DNA from: an uncultured Actinomycetes bacterium
Lineage (GTDB): Bacteria > Actinomycetota > Actinomycetes > S36-B12 > CAIYMF01
NCBI GenBank assembly: GCA_963700395.1
Contig: CAVOXI010000008.1
Span: forward strand, 100,626-124,625
Reading direction: 5' to 3'
Length of the DNA: 24,000 bases
Shown here: piece by piece, positions 18,569-24,000 of the stretch
Layout: every line of letters starts with the position of its first letter
Numbering within the stretch: the first letter of the stretch is position 1
The notes under the pieces: model-generated
The model's database searches: none
Told to the model about the DNA's origin: nothing
What the model saw: only the letters and a program-made list of their open reading frames with translations
Program-made: the position numbers and the translations under genes

Positions 18569-19063
18569 GTGTCCGAGAGCCCCCCGACCACCTGGTTGAC
18601 CCAGGAGGCCCACGACCGACTCGCCGCCGAGCTCGAGGAGCGCCAGACCGCGCGCCGCACCGAGATCACCAAGCGGATCGCCGCCGCGCGCGAGGAGGGC
18701 GACCTCAAGGAGAACGGCGGCTACCACGCCGCCAAGGACGAGCAGGGCAAGAACGAGGCCCGGATCCGCCAGCTGCGCCAGATGCTCGACAACGCCCAGA
18801 TCGGCTCCCCGCCGTCGGAGGAGGGCCAGGCCGCGCACGGGATGGTCGTCAGCGTCGAGCTGGTCGCCAGCGGGCGCACGATGACCTTCCTCCTGGGGTC
18901 CCGTGAGGAGGCAGCGCACGCCAGCGTCGATGTCATCTCCCCGTCGTCGCCGATGGGCTCTGCCGTGGACGGCGCGAGGGTCGGTGACGAGGTCACCTAC
19001 ACGACGCCCGCGGGCAAGGAGCTGACTGCCCGGATCACCAGCGTGGACCCGTACACCGGCTGA
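18569..19063 (+). CDS. greA: Transcription elongation factor GreA
   Basis: 164-aa ORF with a GTG start and AGGAG 6 nt upstream. Sequence: TWLTQEAHDRLAAELEERQTARRTEITKRIAAAREEGDLKENGGYHAAKDEQGKNEARIRQL...ISPSSPMGSAVDGARVGDEVTYTTPAGKELTARITSV. Confidence 0.95.
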   Translation: MSESPPTTWLTQEAHDRLAAELEERQTARRTEITKRIAAAREEGDLKENGGYHAAKDEQGKNEARIRQLRQMLDNAQIGSPPSEEGQAAHGMVVSVELVASGRTMTFLLGSREEAAHASVDVISPSSPMGSAVDGARVGDEVTYTTPAGKELTARITSVDPYTG

Positions 19064-20274
19064 GCTATCCCTCCAGGCGGACCCGGAACCCGCTGGCCTG
19101 GAGTGCGGCGGCCACCTGCTCGCAGTGCTCGGCGACCGCGGGTCTCCAGGTGCAGCGAGACGTCGACCTCGCCGACGGAGAGCCCGGCTGTCGTGCGCAG
19201 GTGCTCCACCGAGATGACGTTCGCCGCGAGGGCAGCCACCTCGGCCAGCAGCGGGGCCAAGCCACCGGGACGATCGGAGATGCGCACCCGCAGCTGGAGG
19301 TAGCGCCCTGCCGCGACGAGGCCGTGCTCCAGCACCCGCGCCAGCAGCAACGGGTCGACGTTGCCCCCGGACAGGACGACGACGACGGGCGGCTCGATCC
19401 CCGTGGCGTCCTCGAGCAGGGCTGCCACCCCGGCCGCCCCGGCGGGCTCCACGAGCATCTTCGAGCGTTCGAGCACGAGCAGCAGCCCGCGGGAGAGCGA
19501 GTCCTCCGACACCGTGCGGATCTCCACGTGCCGTTCGGCGATGATCCCCAGGGGGACGACGCCGGGGCGCCCGACGGCGATCCCGTCGGCCATCGTGCTC
19601 ATCCGCTGGAGCGCGACCGGATGGCCGGCGGCGAGGGACGCCGGGTACGCCGCCGCCTGGGCTGCCTGCACCCCGATGACCCGTACGTGCGGGGCCAGCT
19701 CGCCCATCACGGTGGCGATGCCGGCCACGAGCCCGCCACCTCCGGTGCACACCAGCACGGTGCGCACGTCGGGGACCTGGTCGAGGATCTCCAGCCCGAT
19801 CGTCCCCTGGCCCACGACGATGTCCTCGTGGTCGAAGGGGTGGATCAGGACCGCGCCCGTGCGCTCGGAGAACTCCGTCGCAGCCACGAGCGCATCGTCG
19901 ATGGTGGAACCCACGGTGACGATCTCCGCCCCGTAGGCGCGGGTGGCGGCCAGCTTGGGAAGCGGCGCCCCGACCGGCATGAACACGGTCGTTCGGATGC
20001 CCAGCCCGCGGGCGGCCTTGGCCACGCCCTGCGCGTGGTTGCCGGCACTGGCTGCCACGACGCCGAGCGCTCGCTGGTCAGGGGTGAGCCGAGAGAGCCG
20101 GACGTGCGCGCCACGCACCTTGAACGACCCGGCCACCTGCAGGTTCTCGCACTTGAGCCACACCGGTCCACCGACGCGACCTGCGAGGTAGGTCGCAGGT
20201 GCGACCGGGGTCACGCGGGCGACCCCGACCAGCAGGTCTCGGGCCTCTCGGATGGCCTGAACTGTCACGGGCAT
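18997..20274 (-). CDS. ilvA: Threonine ammonia-lyase (biosynthetic-type IlvA with a single ACT-like domain). An apparent +1 shift about 25 codons before the ancestral stop
   Basis: From ATG 20274: MPVTVQAIREARDLLVGVARVTPV...LKCENLQVAGSFKVRGA (PLP lysine)...ASAGNHAQGVA...CTGGGGLVAGIA...LSGGNVD...RVRISDRPGGLAPLLAEVAALAANVISVEHLRT...VDVSLHLETRG. The natural ending AEHCEQVAAALQASGFRVRLEG-stop (stop at 19065-19067) then lies in the next frame. As sequenced, the ORF instead runs on to 18997, into the 3' end of greA. Confidence 0.88.
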   Translation of the reverse strand: MPVTVQAIREARDLLVGVARVTPVAPATYLAGRVGGPVWLKCENLQVAGSFKVRGAHVRLSRLTPDQRALGVVAASAGNHAQGVAKAARGLGIRTTVFMPVGAPLPKLAATRAYGAEIVTVGSTIDDALVAATEFSERTGAVLIHPFDHEDIVVGQGTIGLEILDQVPDVRTVLVCTGGGGLVAGIATVMGELAPHVRVIGVQAAQAAAYPASLAAGHPVALQRMSTMADGIAVGRPGVVPLGIIAERHVEIRTVSEDSLSRGLLLVLERSKMLVEPAGAAGVAALLEDATGIEPPVVVVLSGGNVDPLLLARVLEHGLVAAGRYLQLRVRISDRPGGLAPLLAEVAALAANVISVEHLRTTAGLSVGEVDVSLHLETRGRRALRAGGRRTPGQRVPGPPGGIAQPVYGSTLVIRAVSSLPAGVV

Positions 20275-20280
20275 GGGTTC

Positions 20281-21628
20281 ATGGTGGCCCACGCACTGGC
20301 AGGATGGCCCCTTGTGCTGGGTCAACGGGTGTTCGCGTGGGCCCGCCGGACCCCGTACCTGGCCGACCTCCCGCGTGACGTGGCGGTCCTGTCGTTCGTC
20401 GCCTTCGCCGTCGCCCTCGGGTACGGCATCGCAGCCCCGGCCCTGCCCGTGTACGCGCGGACGTTCGGCGTCTCGGCGTTCATGGCCTCCACGGTCATCT
20501 CGGGGTTCGCCCTCATGCGCCTGCTCAGCGCGGCTCCGTCGGGGATCATGGTCGACCGCTTCGGCGAGCGGCGGATCATGTCGATCGGGATCTGGGTGGT
20601 CGCCGGCTCCTCGCTGATGACCGCCCTGGCCCAGAGCTTCGGGCAGCTGCTGGTGCTGCGCGGTGTGGGTGGCATCGGGTCGGCGATGTTCACCGTCTCG
20701 GCGATGGCCCTGCTGCTGCGCACGGCGGGCCCGGCGCAGCGGGGGCGGGCCTCCGGGGCGTTCCAGGCCGGGTTCCTCTTCGGCGGGGTCACGGGCCCGG
20801 CGATCGGCGGAGCCGTCACCGGCATCTCGATCCGCGCCCCGTTCGTCGTCTACGGCATCACGCTGGTCGTGGCCGGGCTGCTCGCGGCGAAGTACCTGTC
20901 ACGTGCCCCCGCTGGGGGCACCCGTCGCGGCCGGTGCCCCGGGGCGCCCAGCCCTGACACGCACGGCCCTGAGGATCCGGGGGCCCCCGAGTCCTGCGCA
21001 CGCGACGCCCAAGGCTGCCCCGGCGTCGCTGACCGCCGCCCTGCGCAGCGCCGCCTACCGGGCCGCGCTCATGGTCAACCTGTCCAGCGGCTTCATCGTG
21101 TTCGGCCTGCGGATCTCGCTGGTCCCGCTGTTCGTCACCGAGGGGCTCAAGCACGGCGTCGGGCTGGTCGGGATCGGCTTCCTGTGCGCGGCCGCCGCCC
21201 AGGCGGTCATGCTGATCCCCGCCGGGCGGTGGACCGACCGATCCGGACGGCGCGGCTCGATGCTCGTGGGCACAGCCACCCTCACCGGTGCGATGCTCCT
21301 GCTCGCGCTGCAGACCGGCGCGGTCGGGTTCCTGCTGGCGATGGCAGCCTCGGGCCTCGCATCGGCGTTCCTGGCGCCCGCGTCGGCGGCCGTCGTCGGC
21401 GACCTCACCCGCGGCCTGTCCGGTGGCCGCGTGGTGTCGGCCTACCAGATGGTCGGCGACCTCGGCGGCATCCTGGGCCCGCTCATCGCAGGGGCCCTGG
21501 CCGACGCCGCCGGATTCCAGTGGGCCTTCGCCGCCGGGGTCGTGATCGGCCTGGTCGCGCTGGCGTTCGTCGTGGTGATGCCCGAGACGCTGCGCCGGGA
21601 GTCCCAGGAGTCCCCCTCAGGCGCGTGA
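20281..21628 (+). pseudogene. MFS transporter split into two frames by one apparent +1 shift near 20897
   Basis: N-half (frame of the 19150 ORF): ...LPRDVAVLSFVAFAVALGYGIAAPALPVYARTFGVSAFMASTVISGFALMRLLSAAPSGIMVDRFGERRIMSIGIWVVAGSSLMTALAQSFGQLLVLRGVGGIGSAMF...LVVAGLLAAKYL. C-half (frame of the 20663 ORF): HVPPLGAP...LRSAAYRAALMVNLSSGFIVFGLRISLVPLFVTEGL...AGRWTDRSGRRGSMLVGT...VVSAYQMVGDLGGILGPLIAGALAD...VVMPETL-stop at 21628. Start candidates are ATG 20281, GTG 20314 and GTG 20329. Confidence 0.75.
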
Positions 21629-21653
21629 GGCCGCCAGGCGCGACACTGTCGCC

Positions 21654-22603
21654 ATGCGACCACCGAGCACGGACTGGGCCGAGAGCATCAGCGACGACGA
21701 GCGCCGCCCGGCACGCGGCCTTCACCGACAGGATCGTGGCGCTGCAGGGCCGCATCAACGCGAAGCAGGGGCCGGGCAGGGCCTTCCACCGCAAGCAGGT
21801 GGCCGCCCTGTCGGGGACGCTCACCGTGGCAGCGGGGCTGCCCGAGTACGCGAGGCAGGGGTTGTTCGCCCGAGCCCGGCGAGTTCGAGGTGCTGGCCCG
21901 CATGTCCAACGGCTCGGTGACTGCCCAACCGGACCCGGTCCCGGACATCCGCGGGTTCGCCATCTCGGTGCGCGGCCTGGAGGCGCCCGGCGCCCTGGCG
22001 GCAACCACGGACCGGCAGGACTTCCTGCTCATCAACCGACCGGCGTTCGGCTTCCAGGACTCACGCGACTTCGCCGACATCGTCGCGGTGGCCCCCAAGG
22101 GGCAGAGGGCGATGCTGGCGCACCTGGTCGACAAGCACGGCGTGGTCCGCGGCCCCCTGGAGATGGCCAAGCAGGCCGCCGACCTCGCGCGACCGTTCAG
22201 CGGGTATGCCACCTCCGACTTCCACGCCTGCGCCCCGATCGCATGGGGGCCCTATGCCGCCCACGTGCACGTCACGCCGGTGGACGCCTCCCGGGACCTG
22301 CTCGCATGGCGTGACTGGGGCGCCGACGTGCGCGGCCGGGTCGCCCGGGGCCCGCTGCGCTGGACGGTTCAGGCCCAGTTCTACACCGATCCGGACTCCA
22401 CCCCGATCGAGGACGGCCGCCGGGCCTGGGATGCCCCCAAGGTCATCGTGGGCACCCTGGAGCTGACCCAGGTCGAGGACTCCCAGGCGGTGGAGGCCGA
22501 CCACTTCGACCCGTGGATGGCGATGGCCGACCACCGACCCCTGGGCGAGATCATGCGCGCCCGGAAGGCTGCCTACTTCGCGAGCTACCGGAACCGGTCG
22601 TGA
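21654..22603 (+). pseudogene. Catalase-family (catalase-related haem) protein read across three frames (two apparent +1 shifts)
   Basis: MRPPSTDWAESISDDER / ARHAAFTDRIVALQGRINAKQGPGRAFHRKQVAALSGTLTVAAGLPEYARQGLFA / PGEFEVLARMSNGSVTAQPDPVPDIRGFAISVRGL...DFLLINRPAFGFQDSRDF...FHACAPIAWGPYAAHVHVTPV...DPWMAMADHRPLGEIMRARKAAYFASY-stop. The RAFHRK(Q/G), RxSNG and D(I/V)RGFA motifs fit the catalase core. Confidence 0.7.
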
Positions 22604-22623
22604 GCCGGTTCCCCGCGCACAGC

Positions 22624-22629
22624 TAGTCT
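22624..22629 (+). promoter_or_regulatory. -10 hexamer TAGTCT placed for a leaderless ung mRNA
   Basis: TAGTCT (TAnnnT) is followed by exactly 6 nt and then GTG 22636. There is no Shine-Dalgarno sequence. Confidence 0.45.
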
Positions 22630-22635
22630 CCGTGC

Positions 22636-23334
22636 GTGGCTGACTCCCCCACGCCCCCCTCGCGCCGGCCCCTGACCGAGCTGGTCGCGCCCGACTGGGC
22701 GGCGGCCCTCGAGCCGCAGGCCGAGCGCATCAGCGCAATGGGCGACTTCCTGCGCGCCGAGCTGGCCGCCGGGCGCGGCTACCTGCCGGCCGGGCCGAAC
22801 GTGCTCCGCGCGTTCACCCGACCCATGTCCGAGGTCCGCGTGCTCATCGTCGGGCAGGACCCCTACCCCACTCCGGGGCACGCGGTCGGGCTCTCGTTCT
22901 GCGTGGCCCCGGACGTGCGCCCCGTCCCGCGGAGCCTGGCCAACATCTACCGCGAGCTGCACGACGACCTCGGCTGCCCCCGCCCTGCCTCCGGTGACCT
23001 GACTCCGTGGGCGGACCAGGGCGTCCTGCTGCTCAACAGGGTGCTGACCGTGACCCCGGGCAGCTCCGGATCGCACCGCGGCAAGGGCTGGGAGGAGATC
23101 ACCGAGGCCGCCATCCGGGCCCTCGTGGCGCGTGGGGGGCCGCTGGTCGCGATCCTGTGGGGCCGCGACGCCCAGGGCCTGACCCCGATGCTCGGCGACA
23201 CGCCCAGGATCGCCTCGGCCCATCCCAGCCCGATGTCCGCCGACCGGGGGTTCTTCGGCTCCCGCCCGTTCAGCCGCGCCAACGCCGCGCTGGTGGCCCA
23301 GGGGGCAGCCCCGATCGACTGGTGCCTGCCCTGA
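22636..23334 (+). CDS. ung: Uracil-DNA glycosylase (family 1)
   Basis: 232-aa ORF with family-1 UDG motifs: [65 protein letters not shown]. Confidence 0.95.
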   Translation: MADSPTPPSRRPLTELVAPDWAAALEPQAERISAMGDFLRAELAAGRGYLPAGPNVLRAFTRPMSEVRVLIVGQDPYPTPGHAVGLSFCVAPDVRPVPRSLANIYRELHDDLGCPRPASGDLTPWADQGVLLLNRVLTVTPGSSGSHRGKGWEEITEAAIRALVARGGPLVAILWGRDAQGLTPMLGDTPRIASAHPSPMSADRGFFGSRPFSRANAALVAQGAAPIDWCLP

Positions 23335-23337
23335 GGA

Positions 23338-24000
23338 TCAGCCGTCGGGCGTCCCGGCGGAGACGAGCTGCTCGGCCAGCGCACGTGCCACCGCCGGTCG
23401 GCCCGCGAGCTCCAGCAGGCCGATGGGCGCCAGCAGGTACTGCCGGTCGATGAGCACCCGGGCCCGCTCGGGCAGCCGCCATCCGCCCGCGTAGTCGGTC
23501 AGGACCGCGTCCAGGACGCCGCGGGCGGCGCCCGGATCGGCGTGCCTCAGGACGCCGCCGGACCCGATCAGCAACCCGACGTGGGTCAGGTCCCGGGACC
23601 CCTCGGCACCCGGGCGGGCGTGCCGGCGGGCCGCGATGACGCCTGCGAGCCGCGCCAGCGCGAGCTCGTCGGCCCGCTCAGCCCGGGTGCCCGGCAGGAA
23701 GCCCACGTCTGCGCGACGGCGCTCGGCGGCGAGCGCCAGCAGCTCGGCCGGGCCCTCCTCACCGCCGGCAGCAGGCTCGAGCAGCCGCTCGGCCAGCGCG
23801 GCGGCGACGACGTCCTGGGCGCTCCAGCGCATCCCCAGGTCGCCCTCCACCGAGCGCCCGTGCCACAGCGTCTCGACCGCCTCATCGGGGGCCTGGTCAT
23901 CGGGGTTCAGGACGCTGTAGACGTCGGTCGTCGCCCCGCCGATGTCCAGCGCCATCACGTCCCCGCTGGCCCCGGGCTGCCCCGCCAGGACGTCGGCGAC
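23338..24000 (-). CDS. Glutamate mutase L (GlmL/MutL-like, ASKHA-fold) family protein; 5' end beyond the window
   Basis: The frame stays open to the window edge (...DVLAGQPGASGDV MALDIGGATTDVYSV...). The ALDIGGATTDV phosphate-binding motif and ...GDLGMRWSA...LLIGSGGVLRH... fit the family. The stop at 23338 lies 3 nt from the ung stop. Confidence 0.75.
   Translation of the reverse strand, partial: VADVLAGQPGASGDVMALDIGGATTDVYSVLNPDDQAPDEAVETLWHGRSVEGDLGMRWSAQDVVAAALAERLLEPAAGGEEGPAELLALAAERRRADVGFLPGTRAERADELALARLAGVIAARRHARPGAEGSRDLTHVGLLIGSGGVLRHADPGAARGVLDAVLTDYAGGWRLPERARVLIDRQYLLAPIGLLELAGRPAVARALAEQLVSAGTPDG

Noticed and set aside
19150-22314. 1054-aa plus-strand ORF, the longest in the track
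   Set aside because: It is a chimera made possible by stop-codon scarcity at high G+C. 19150-20270 is antisense to ilvA. About 20281-20897 is the true N-half of MFS-2. 20900-21628 is off-frame MFS-2 (Arg/Pro/Gly-rich nonsense). About 21705-21868 is the middle piece of the catalase gene. It is not one protein.

Overview
High-G+C (about 70% by eye) actinobacterial chromosomal window, densely packed with about 28 genes and almost entirely housekeeping. Gene order partly mirrors the mycobacterial greA / DUF4307 / hemolysin-III / Z-prenyl synthase / phoH2 / fumarase / xseAB / ispH / ychF neighbourhood. Left to right: ychF (partial), a DUF222-HNH endonuclease, rmuC, a membrane protein, ispH, xseA-xseB, DUF4245, class I fumarate hydratase, a secreted peptidoglycan-binding/transglycosylase-like protein, PIN-PhoH (phoH2), a cis-prenyltransferase, hemolysin III, xthA, an MFS transporter, DUF1707, DUF3817, SURF1, DUF4307, greA, ilvA, a second MFS transporter, a catalase-family protein, ung and a partial glutamate-mutase-L-like gene. 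I found no CRISPR array, tRNA/rRNA, transposase/integrase or recognisable multi-gene defence system, and I do not claim a novel system. Two things deserve a second look. (1) The DUF222-HNH gene is the only obvious insertion in the conserved block. It sits behind a perfect LexA SOS box (TCGAACACGTGTTCGA) and a RecA-independent/PafBC-type promoter motif; rmuC next door has a weaker copy of that motif. (2) About 19-20 frame disruptions can be reconstructed by eye in 8-9 genes. Every one is in the +1 direction (one extra base). They cluster at 7.07-7.27 kb and 14.6-21.9 kb, while about 13 kb of other coding sequence is intact. That pattern looks more like a sequencing or assembly insertion artefact than natural decay, but only reads can settle it. 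Several genes also look leaderless (TAnnnT 6-7 nt before the start codon). Many long ORFs in the track are antisense or off-frame artefacts of the high G+C content.
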